From NCBI GenBank assembly GCA_002269645.1, contig NIVC01000857.1:1-64000 (forward strand): 64,000 bases of DNA, given 5' to 3'. The translations under genes were made by a program, and so were the position numbers. Every line of letters starts with the position of its first letter. The stretch's first letter is position 1. Origin of the DNA: Macrostomum lignano (lineage: Eukaryota). The notes beneath the pieces are model-generated. The model ran no database searches. It was not told where the DNA came from and saw only the letters and a list, made by a program, of their open reading frames with translations. Positions 50,426 to 59,780 of the stretch are shown here, one piece after another.

Positions 50426-51056
50426 AATGCAACAGATTTCCACCCATAATCATTGACTAAGTTCGCACTGGTGCTGCCGTCTGCCTGAACTAATAGTTGT
50501 TGAAAATTAACTGGAATTCTAACTGCTTTTTTAACACAAGTTTTAACCTTTTATCCGACAGATTGCTTTTTGCTACTGCAGATCTTTTCTTGAGCAGAAA
50601 TTAGCAACAAATTTTACTCAAATTCTTTTGCTCGCGTATTTTTTGCGTTTTAAATACTCGTAATTCAACGAGAACTGCTTTCATTCGGTTTCTACTTGCT
50701 AATGACTATCACAGAATCAGACTGCGGAACCCCCGCTTCACCATGAACTGCTGTACACTCTGGTGCTCATTTTATATATTAATTTTATCGATTAATTCTG
50801 CGATCAGCTCTTACCAACCCGACCCCAAATTGCTTTCCGCTTTGCTAGGTCAGTGTCTGTCTGAAATCCCTTGGACTGATCTCGCCCAATTGCCGAGTTA
50901 TAGCGGCTCAGCGCGTGGTGCCCGCCTTTAGTAGGGAAATACAACCGGCTTTGGGTGCTCAGCACTTTGCAATCCTGTGCGTTAAACGGTTTGGTCTTCG
51001 GCTTCTTTGTTATTTTCATCCTGCTTTTGTTTGTTATTCAGTCTGGGACTCGAATC

Positions 51057-51597
51057 CACTGCACCTGTTCACTCTGTCCACTGCAGCTGTTCACTCTGTC
51101 CACTGCAGCTGTTCACTCTGCCCACTGCAGCTGTTCACTCTGCCCACTGCACCTGTTCACTCTGACAACTGCAGCTGTTCACTCTGTCCACTGCACCTGT
51201 TCACTCTGTCCACTGCACCTGTTCACTCTGCCCACTGCACCTGTTCACTCTGTCCACTGCACCTGTTCACTCTGTCCACTGCACCTGTTCACTCTGCCCA
51301 CTGCAGCTGTTCACTCTGCCCACTGCACCTGTTCACTCTGTCCACTGCAGCTGTTCACTCTGTCCACTGCACCTGTTCACTCTGACAACTGCACCTGTTC
51401 ACTCTGTCCACTGCACCTGTTCACTCTGCCCACTGCAGCTGTTCACTCTGTCCACTGCACCTGTTCACTCTGTCCACTGCAGCTGTTCACTCTGTCCACT
51501 GCAGCTGTTCACTCTGTCCACTGCAGCTGTTCACTCTGTCCACTGCAGCTGTTCACTCTGTCCACTGCACCTGTTCACTCTCTCCACTGCACCTGTC
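51057..51597. repeat. 22-bp minisatellite cactgca(g/c)ctgttcactctgtc, ~24 copies, upstream of the USP acceptor
   Basis: Visible units. Confidence 0.95.
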
Positions 51598-51737
51598 CAC
51601 CCCATCCATTGCAGCTCTTAATGAGTCACCCAACTGTCCTCAAACAGCCGCTTATCTGTCTATTTCTAAATTACCTGTCAAAGCAGACAATCGAATTGCT
51701 TCTGCGACTCTTCCAGCAAGCCAGCAAGCTTTTCACA

Positions 51738-52268
51738 ATGGGCAGTTTGGCTTCTACCCAGCGCCAGCAGCAGTCAGCTGCTGAGACCTCGTCGGCGCCA
51801 ACCGCGTCGCCCCAGTCGGTGCTGGTGGCCGTTGACGGCTCTCTGCACAGCCAGCAGGCGCTGGAGTGGTTCCATGGTCGTCCGGACGTTGACATCGTCC
51901 TGCTGCACGCGGCCGGCCTGTCGCTGTGCTTTGGCGCCCCCACGGCCGTTGTGCCGTCCGCCGCGGACGTGGACCTGGCGCTGGAGGACACACGGATGCG
52001 GGTGGCCCGCCTGCGCCAGGCGATGCTCGCCCGCTGCGACAGCCTGGCTGTGCGCTGCCGCTTCCGGTTTGTCGAATCGCTGAACCCCGGCGCCGCCATC
52101 GTTGCCGCGGCCGAAGCAGAGAAGGCCGCCCTGGTGGTGGTCGGCACCCGCGGCCTCGGCAACGTCAGGCGAACCCTACTGGGCTCCGTCAGCAATTACG
52201 TCATCTCGCACTGCCGTGTGCCCGTGATGATTGTGCCGCTGCAGAACGGCCAGCAGCCCGCCGGCTGA
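51738..52268 (+). CDS. Universal stress protein (UspA family), 176 aa, intronless CDS
   Basis: VLVAVDGSLHSQQALEW ... PGAAIVAAAE..KAALVVVGTRGLGNVRRTLLGSVSNYVISHCRVPVMIVP is the canonical USP signature, including G-x2-G-x9-GS. Confidence 0.93.
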   Translation: MGSLASTQRQQQSAAETSSAPTASPQSVLVAVDGSLHSQQALEWFHGRPDVDIVLLHAAGLSLCFGAPTAVVPSAADVDLALEDTRMRVARLRQAMLARCDSLAVRCRFRFVESLNPGAAIVAAAEAEKAALVVVGTRGLGNVRRTLLGSVSNYVISHCRVPVMIVPLQNGQQPAG

Positions 52269-52356
52269 TTTTGCAGGCTTCTGGTGACTCTGCTGTGTTG
52301 CACTCCTGTGGTCCTCGTTGTTGGGCACTTTTGGTTCTCAGTTGCTGCGCTTAGGG

Positions 52357-52630
52357 ATCCTCAGGCTGAGCAGCCAGCCTCCCAGATCTCCCAGATCTTC
52401 ATGCTGAGCAGCCAGCCTCCCAGATCCTCAGCCTGAGCAGCCAGCCTCCCAGATCCTCAGCCTGAGCAGCCAGCCTCCCAGATCCTGAGGCAGAGCAGTC
52501 AGCCTCCCAGATCCTCGGGCTGAGCAGTCAGCCTCCCAGATCCTCAGGCTGAGCAGCCAGCCTCCCAAATTCACATAGCCAGACTTCCAGATCCTCAGAC
52601 TGAGCCTCCCAGATCTTCATCTTGACCCTT
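52357..52630. repeat. 29-bp minisatellite cccagatcctcaggctgagcagccagcct, ~8 copies, ending cccagatcttcatcttgaccc
   Basis: Same family and terminus as 56536-57272. Confidence 0.93.
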
Positions 52631-53279
52631 TTATTATTCGCTAGAGCTGCATCTGTAAGGTGATCGCTGATTGCTCATCAGAGGGTGCCTAAAATCCGTC
52701 AGTTTTCAGGCACCCTCTGAGTTAATTAATCGTTGCAGTAATTAATTTCAATTTCTGTGATGCATTGTGCTGCTCTTGTTCTCTCGTTGTGCAAGTTCAT
52801 TTTGTTTTTTGCACCCCGCATCTCTGTACCCTCTCCGCAATTTGGTCCTCTGCGTTTATTCAATGAAGTTGTACATTCGTGATTTATTGAACTCACCTGC
52901 TTCCATTCTATGCCCGAGGGTACTGTAGCTGTGAATACAGTCTGACTACACTGCATTGCACCAGTCATTTTTCTTTATTTTTTATCTTCGCTTTTTTGGT
53001 CTTTTAGTACGTACAGGTAAATATACAGTTCATTTTGCTGGTTTTGTTTTTATAAGCGACAAGAGTGCATTCGAGCTGATCAATAATCACGCTTTGTAAT
53101 TTTATTTCCTAATTGGTGCTGGAATTTTAGCTGCCATATACGCGATAAGATCAGTTTCTTAAGCTTCATCTTCATATTCGAAAATGGAATGTTTTAGCAT
53201 ATTAACTTTGTCCTTTTACCCGTTTTTCTGATCGTCATCATATTACTATCGATGACTCCTAGTCAGTAGTATAAAAGTG

Positions 53280-55090
53280 ATGATTTCCAGACTGAGGCCG
53301 CTCGCCTTGGCCCAGCTTGCTGTCGGCGGCGGTGTTGCAGTGAGCGGTGCAGCTCCCGCTCGCTGCCTGCTCTGCTGCCGCTCTGTGCGGCTTCTGTCCA
53401 CTGGTGAGTGCCGGCCCCTGCCCCCCTTAATACCTGTGGCTCAGGGGACAGCAGCTTAACGGTAGCAATGCTCCTGACTCCCGTGTTCGAATTTCAAGAC
53501 CGAAGGCTGGTTCGAATCCGCAAGTGGGCACATTGGATATAGCTTATGGTTTGTATGTAGGCTTGTTCAATGAGAGCCAACCCCAAGAGACGGATTGGGC
53601 GCATTCCTGAGGATATCCGAGTTTGTGCTCAGGGGTCTGGGCCTCCGAGTTCGTGCTCAAAGATCAAAGCCTCCGAGTTCGTGCTCAAAAGTCAGGGCCT
53701 CCGAGTTCGTGCTCAAAGGTCAGGGCCTCCGAGTTCGTGCTCAAAAGTCAGGGCCTCCGAGTTCGTGCTCAAAGGTCAGGGCCTCCGAGTTCGTGCTCGA
53801 AAGTCAGGGCCTCGCTGGCCCCAGACCGCCTGTCGCCTTGATTTGCGGCAGCGCCCGCAACCTTCAGCTCACTCCCCACCGCCCCCGCCCGCAGCCTTCA
53901 GCTCACTCCCCCACCGCCCCCGCCCGCAGCCTTCAGCTGACTCCCCACCGCCCCCGCCCGCAGCCAGACCGAAGGCTGAGCCGGCGCCGGCTTCATCGCC
54001 AGAGCCGATCCAGCGGCCAAAGTCCCGTCCGCCATTGGCTGCTCCGTCCGCTACAGCAGGGCGAGCCGCCCCGTTCCCCCTGTCCGACCCGGCCGCCGGC
54101 CTCACCGACCAGGCGCAGCGCCAGCCGCTTAAGCACCAGTGGCTGCCGGTTGACCGGGATCTGGCCAGCCCCGGTGCCTACCTGGCCCTGGCCAAGTCCC
54201 GCCTCACGCTGCTCGTGGTGGCCACCGCGGCCGCCGGCTACGCCATGGCGCCTGGGCCTGTGGACCCGCTGACCCTCGCCGCCTGCTTGGCCGGCACCGC
54301 CGCCGTATCGGCCAGCGCCAACTCCGTCAACCAGCTGCTGGAGATGCCCTACGATGCCCAGATGAGCCGCACCCGCGCCCGCCCGCTCGTCACCGGCCGC
54401 GTGTCGCCGGCCACCGCCGCCAGCTTCGCCGCAGTCAGCGGAATCGGCGGCGTCGCCCTGCTAGCCAGCCTGGCGAGCCCCGTCAGCGCCGGCATCGCGG
54501 CAGCGAACCACCTGCTGTACTGTGCCGCCTACACGCCCGCCAAGCGGCGCACAGTCACCAACACCGCCATTGGCGCCGTGGTTGGCGCCCTGCCGCCGCT
54601 GATTGGCTGGAGCTCCGCCACCGGCGGCTCTCTTGACGTCGGCGCCCTCCTGCTTGGCCTGCTGATGTTTCACTGGCAGTTCCCGCATTTCCACGCGCTT
54701 AGCTGGTCGCTGCGGGACGACTACAGCCGGGCGGGCTACTGCATGGCCTCCGTACTGCAGCCCGCCCGCTGCCGCCGCTCCGCCATGGCCAACTCCATCA
54801 TGTTCTCCGCCGTGTGCTACTGCCTGCCCCTCAGCGGAGTCACCTCCTGGTTTTTCCTGGTGGACATTCTGCCGTTCAACCTGGCGCTGCTGTACTTTGC
54901 CGCCGCCTTCTACTGGCGCGGCGACAGCAACAGCGGTCGCAGGCTGTTCAAATTCACCTTGGTCAACCTGCCTATCGTTTTCGTGCTCATGCTGATCAGC
55001 AGGACTCCGGACAGCGAGCGGGAGCGGGCCAAGCAGGACTCGGCTAGGGATTCTGGACAACATCATCAGTTTGGCTTTTGGCGGTTTTGA
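53280..55090 (+). CDS. COX10: Protoheme IX farnesyltransferase (heme O synthase), mitochondrial, ~416 aa; exons 53280-53403 and 53964-55090
   Basis: LAKSRLTLLVV, SANSVNQLLEMPYDAQMSRTRARPLVTG, YTPAKR, GAVVGALPPLIGW, WQFPHFHALSW...DYSRAGY. Exon 1 looks like an R-rich mitochondrial presequence; phase-1 GT-AG intron. Confidence 0.93.
53450..53535 (+). mobile_element. tRNA-derived SINE-like sequence in the COX10 intron
   Basis: A-box-like agcttaacggtag and B-box ggttcgaatcc; spacing and body are not consistent with an intact tRNA. Confidence 0.45.
53632..53812. repeat. 28-bp minisatellite agggcctccgagttcgtgctcaaa(a/g)gtc, ~6.5 copies (COX10 intron)
   Basis: ccgag at 53701, 53729, etc. Confidence 0.93.
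53855..53963 (+). repeat. 34-35-bp tandem repeat, ~3 copies, each containing a branch-point-like motif, a C-rich tract and CAG (tandem 3' splice sites)
   Basis: ccttcagct(c/g)actccccaccgcccccgcccgcag; CAG ends at 53894, 53929 and 53963. Confidence 0.85.
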
Positions 55091-55104
55091 CTTCTTTTTT
55101 GCTG

Positions 55105-55460
55105 CGTTTTGATTGGTCGGTCGTAGGAGAGCTCTGATTGGTTGGTTTGTAGATAGCTTCTGATCGGTCAGTTGTAGATGGCTTCTGATTGGTCGGTTGT
55201 AGATGGCTTCTGATTGGTCGGTTGTAGATGGCTTCTGATTGGTCGGTTGTAGATGGCTTCTGATTGGTCGGTTGTAGATGGCTTCTGATTACTTGTTTGT
55301 TTATGGATGAGTAGATTGCTTCTGATTAGTCAGTTGCAAAGGGGTTCTGATTGGTCGGTTGCAAAAGGGTTCTGATTGGTCGGTTGCAAAAGGGTTCTGA
55401 TTGGTCGGTTGCAAAAGGGTTCTGATTGGTTGGTTGCAAAGGGGTTCTGATTGGTCGGTT
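55105..55460. repeat. 25-bp minisatellite tctgattggtcggttg(tagatggct/caaaagggt), two sub-families, ~13 units
   Basis: Visible units between the COX10 stop and the MRPL49 start; each carries ctgattgg (reverse CCAATCAG). Confidence 0.9.
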
Positions 55461-55830
55461 AAGATTGCTTAAGCAAAGTAAAGAAGTGCATTTCTCGCCT
55501 GCCAGATTGATTGCTCATGTGATGAAAAGTACAGGCGAGGTATCCCTGAAGGAGATTGCAGTATCTAAATGTCCCAGGACTGCCTTGCTTCAACTGCAGT
55601 AGAATAATTGCATTAATATTATTTGATATAAATTGCGGACAAAATAAATAATAACTTGCTAGCCTTATCTGTGTGCAAATGTTTTAACAAGGAAATTAGT
55701 CTCCAACTTTATTTGTGTTTGTCTTGCGTAATTTACGTTTGCTTTCCATACTACTTACCCGACCAGCATTTGTGAGTAGCACGTGCGCATATCAATCGCA
55801 ATGTTGTATTTCTTACAGTTCCTGTCGCCA

Positions 55831-56478
55831 ATGCTGCGTCGGGCCTCCGCCGCTCTGCTCCGCCAGCTGCACCGGGCGGGCCGCGCCGCCAGCCAGCAGC
55901 CGCCGCCCCGCCGGATGGCGCACATCGGCCAGAATCCCATCGGCCTGTTCCCCAACTTTCCCAGCGTGAAGAATCCCTGGGTTGAGGACCTGCAGCAGCT
56001 GGGCGAGCAGAAGCAGCAGTTCGGCCCCGCCCGCTCCGTTCCAGTCGAATTCGAGGCCAGCTCCGAGGACTTCGAAGCTTTTGTAACCCCGCTGCTGGCG
56101 GCCGACACCGTGCCGGAGCCGCCGCGCCACGCCTCCTACCCGACGCCGTCCGGCTGGTCGCCACCCTCGCCGGACGCTCTGGCCGGCCGGACCGGCCGTC
56201 CCTACGCGGTGCTGCGGACCCGCAACCACATGCTGCCCATCTACTACGCGGAGACGGACAGGCGGCGCACCGAGAACGTGCCCGGCACCCGCCGCATGAC
56301 CATCGTCAAGCGGATCCAAGGCGACACCGCCGCCCTGGCCCACGACCTGCGCCGCCTGCTCGAGCCGGACAACGACGGCCCGCTGTTCGTCCAGGTTGAC
56401 GACGTGTCCGGCACCATCAGAATTGTCGGCCAGCACGAGCAGCGGGTGGCCAAGTTCCTGATGGACTGCGGCTTCTGA
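55831..56478 (+). CDS. MRPL49: Mitochondrial ribosomal protein L49 (mL49/Img2), 215 aa, intronless CDS
   Basis: YAVLRTRNHMLPIY...RMTIVKRIQGD..AL..DL...VDDVSGTIRIVG...VAKFLMDCGF matches the recalled mL49 C-terminus (..TLRIKGYF..ELKAWLLEKGF). R-rich presequence; ttcttacag acceptor 12 nt upstream. Confidence 0.88.
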   Translation: MLRRASAALLRQLHRAGRAASQQPPPRRMAHIGQNPIGLFPNFPSVKNPWVEDLQQLGEQKQQFGPARSVPVEFEASSEDFEAFVTPLLAADTVPEPPRHASYPTPSGWSPPSPDALAGRTGRPYAVLRTRNHMLPIYYAETDRRRTENVPGTRRMTIVKRIQGDTAALAHDLRRLLEPDNDGPLFVQVDDVSGTIRIVGQHEQRVAKFLMDCGF

Positions 56479-56535
56479 GGGACTGGGATTGTTCTGCTGC
56501 CGTCATCCTAACTGTGGCTTCATGTGCTACACTCC

Positions 56536-57272
56536 CAGATCCTCAGGCTGAGCAGCCAGCCTCCCAGATCCTCAGACTGAGCAGCCAGCATCCCAGATCC
56601 TCAGACTGAGCAGCCAGCCTCCCAGATCCTCAGACTGAGCAGCCAGCATCCCAGATCCTCAGACTGAGCAGCCAGCCTCCCAGATCCTCATGCTGAGCAG
56701 CCAGCCTCCCAGATCCTCAGGCTGAGCAGCCAGCTTCCCAGATCCTCAGGCTGAGCAGCCAGCTTCCCAGATCCTCAGGCTGAGCAGCCAGTCTCCCAGA
56801 TCCTCAGGCTGAGCAGCCAGCCTCCCCAGATCCTCAGGCTGAGCAGCCAGCATCCCAGATCCTCAGGCTGAGCAGCCAGCCTCCCAGATCCTCAGGCTGA
56901 GCAGCCAGCATCCCAGATCCTCAGACTGAGCAGCCAGCCTCCCAGATCCTCATGCTGAGCAGCCAGCCTCCCAGATCCTCAGGCTGAGCAGCCAGCCTCC
57001 CAGATCCTCAGGCTGAGCAGCCAGCCTCCCAGATCCTCAGGCTGAGCAGCCAGCATCCCAGATCCTCAGACTGAGTAGCCAGCATCCCAGATCCTCAGAC
57101 TGAGCAGCCAGCATCCCAGATCCTCAGACTGAGCAGCCAGCATCCCAGATCCTCAGACTGAGCAGCCAGCATCCCAGATCCTCAGACTGAGCAGCCAGCA
57201 TCCCAGATCCTCAGACTGAGCAGCCAGCATCCTATATCCTCATAGCCAGCCTCCCAGATCTTCATCTTGACC
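56536..57272. repeat. 29-bp minisatellite cccagatcctcag(g/a)ctgagcagccagc(c/a)t, ~24 copies, ending cccagatcttcatcttgaccc
   Basis: cccag at 56941, 56970, etc.; same terminus as 52357-52630. Confidence 0.96.
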
Positions 57273-57987
57273 CGCCATGCCTTCACTTCTTAGTAATGGG
57301 GTTCTCTGCTTAGTACAAATCGCAGCCTTTTTTACAATTTTAGGCGTTCCTTATTTTGTTAAAATGCTTATTCGCTACTTGTAAGTAGATGGTGACGTTT
57401 AATTTTCAGCGGCAGTTTTTTCCAACTAGTTGAATTGGCTTGTCAGCGCCAGTGGGCGCCCCGGCAGCTTGAATTGAGCATCATATAGCAATGTTCTCTG
57501 CATGTTGTGAGCGCGCCTCGCTGTCCCAGGAGTCGCGGTGACTGTGCATTCGTCATTTACACACGGAGAGCACCATTGCTCCTCTGCTTGCGTATCCGTT
57601 TCTCATTAATAAATTATTAATTATGCGAATATTGCCGGCTCTTGTCGTTGCTTTCATTTGCATGCTTGATAGGCAGGGGTTGCTGCACTGCTCTGAGGAC
57701 TCGAGAGTAGCGCCAGGATTCCGCCACCCAGCAGCCAGCCTTTATCTTCATCTTTCCCTTGCCTGTAGTTTATTTTCGTCCCTGTGTCTACTCCAGCTTC
57801 CTTCACCCTTGAGTTATCTGGCAGGGTTGGAAAACTTTGGGAATTTCGTGGCATGACTGTCTGCTGTTGCTGCACTTTTGAGTGTTGTTTTCAAACAAAA
57901 TTGCTGCTGCAATGGCCTCTCTTCGCGCGAATGTTGCAGCAATTCAGATGGCTTAGGTGTGCTTTTTATCTGATGCCTGCAGCGGCT

Positions 57988-58543
57988 CTCTGATCTGGAC
58001 TGGGAGAGACTCTGATCTGGACTGGGAGTGACTCTGATCTGGACTGGGAGAGACTCTGATCTGGACTGGGAGTGACTCTGATCTGGATTGGGAGTGACTC
58101 TGATCTGGATTAGGAGTGACTCTGATTTGGCCTGGGAGTGACTCTGATCTGGACTGGGAGTGACTCTGATCTGGATTGGGAGTGACTCTGATCTGGATTG
58201 GGAGTGACTCTGATCTGGATTAGGAGTGACTCTGATTTGGCCTGGGAGTGACTCTGATCTGGCCTGGGAGTGACTTTGATCTGGATTAGGAGTGACTCTG
58301 ATCTGGATTAGGAGTGACTCTGATCTGGATTAGGAGTGACTCTGATCTGGATTAGGAGTGACTCTGATCTGGATTGGGAGTGACTCCGGTCTGGATTGGG
58401 AGTGACTCTGATATGGACATGGAGTGACTCTGATCTGGATTGGGAGTGACTCTGATCTGGATTGGGAGTGACTCTGATATGGACATGGAGTGACTCTGAT
58501 CTGGATTGGGAGTGACTCTGATCTGGATTGGGAGTGACTCTTC
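57988..58543. repeat. 22-bp minisatellite gactctgatctgga(c/t)tgggagt, ~25 copies
   Basis: Visible units. Confidence 0.96.
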
Positions 58544-58944
58544 AATGTGGTTAGTGTGTGTTTAGCAGGCTGCGGTTGTCCTTTCACGAATAAGCGAAAT
58601 GCTGCTGGGACATGGGTACTGCCCCCCCCCCCAGTAGCAGTCTAAGTAGGCCGTTTCTGCTCCAATTATGATTGCAGTATCGCTGATAGCAGCAAGTGCG
58701 GCCTGCTTGGCCTGAGGTGAACTTTTCTCTCGTCCTTCCTTGCATCCGCCGTCTCGGCCAGACACCGTGAAATTGATGGGGGGAGCCGGGAGCTGCTGCG
58801 AAATCGAATCGAGATGGGGATTGGAGGAGTGGGGATTCTGTGACGCTCCAGCATCCTGCGGTGTCGCTGCTCAGTGTTTTTTAAAGGATATTGCATAGAT
58901 CTCGTATATTATTATTATTGTTATATTTTTATACTGATGCGGTT

Positions 58945-59755
58945 TAGGCACAGAGTGAACTGCAGGCAGTGCCCAGCTTAGACGGAGAGTGAACTGCAGG
59001 CAGTGCCCAGCTTAGACACAGAGTGAACTGCAGGCCGTGCCCAGCTTAGACACAGAGTGAACTGCAGGCCGTGCCCAGCTTAGACACAGAGTGAACTGCA
59101 GGCCGTGCCCAGCTTAGACACAGAGTGAACTGCAGGCCGTGCCCAGCTTAGACACAGGGTGAACTGCAGGCAGTGCCCAGCTTAGACAGAGTGAACTGCA
59201 GGCAGTGCCCAGCTTAGACAGAGTGAACTGCAGGCAGTGCCCAGCTTAGACAGAGTGAACTGCAGGCAGTGCCCAGCTTAGACACAGAGTGAACTGCAGG
59301 CAGTGCCCAGCTTAGACAGAGTGAACTGCAGGCAGTGCCCAGCTTAGACAGAGTGAACTGCAGGCAGTGCCCAGCTTAGACAGAGTGAACTGCAGGCAGT
59401 GCCCAGCTTAGACACAGAGTGAACTGCAGGCAGTGCCCAGCTTAGACAGAGTGAACTGCAGGCAGTGCCCAGCTTAGACAGAGTGAACTGCAGACAGTGC
59501 CCAGCTTAGACAGAGTGAACTGCAGGCAGTGCCCAGCTTAGACACAGAGTGAACTGCAGGCAGTGCCCAGCTTAGACAGAGTGAACTGCAGGCAGTGCCC
59601 AGCTTAGACAGAGTGAACTGCAGGCAGTGCCCAGCTTAGACACAGAGTGAACTGCAGGCAGTGCCCAGCTTAGACAGAGTGAACTGCAGGCAGTGCCCAG
59701 CTTAGACACAGAGTGAACTGCAGGCAGTGCCCAGCTTAGACACGGAGTGAATTAC
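58945..59755. repeat. 32/34-bp minisatellite gagtgaactgcaggcagtgcccagcttagaca(ca), ~24 copies, ending ~20 nt before the UMPS acceptor
   Basis: Visible units. Confidence 0.96.
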
Positions 59756-59780
59756 AGGCCTCCCGCACCCGCAGCCCGCC

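Noticed and set aside
50955-51737. 437-aa ORF implying a long Cys-rich N-terminus on the USP
   Set aside because: The upstream part is the 22-bp array; a good ATG at 51738 follows an acceptor.
53450-53535. Possible tRNA gene (A and B boxes)
   Set aside because: No convincing cloverleaf or acceptor stem; treated as a SINE-like relic.
53570-53963. 506-aa COX10 ORF starting at 53570
   Set aside because: The region is intronic repeat; exon 1 at 53280-53403 supplies a presequence with a phase-matched donor.
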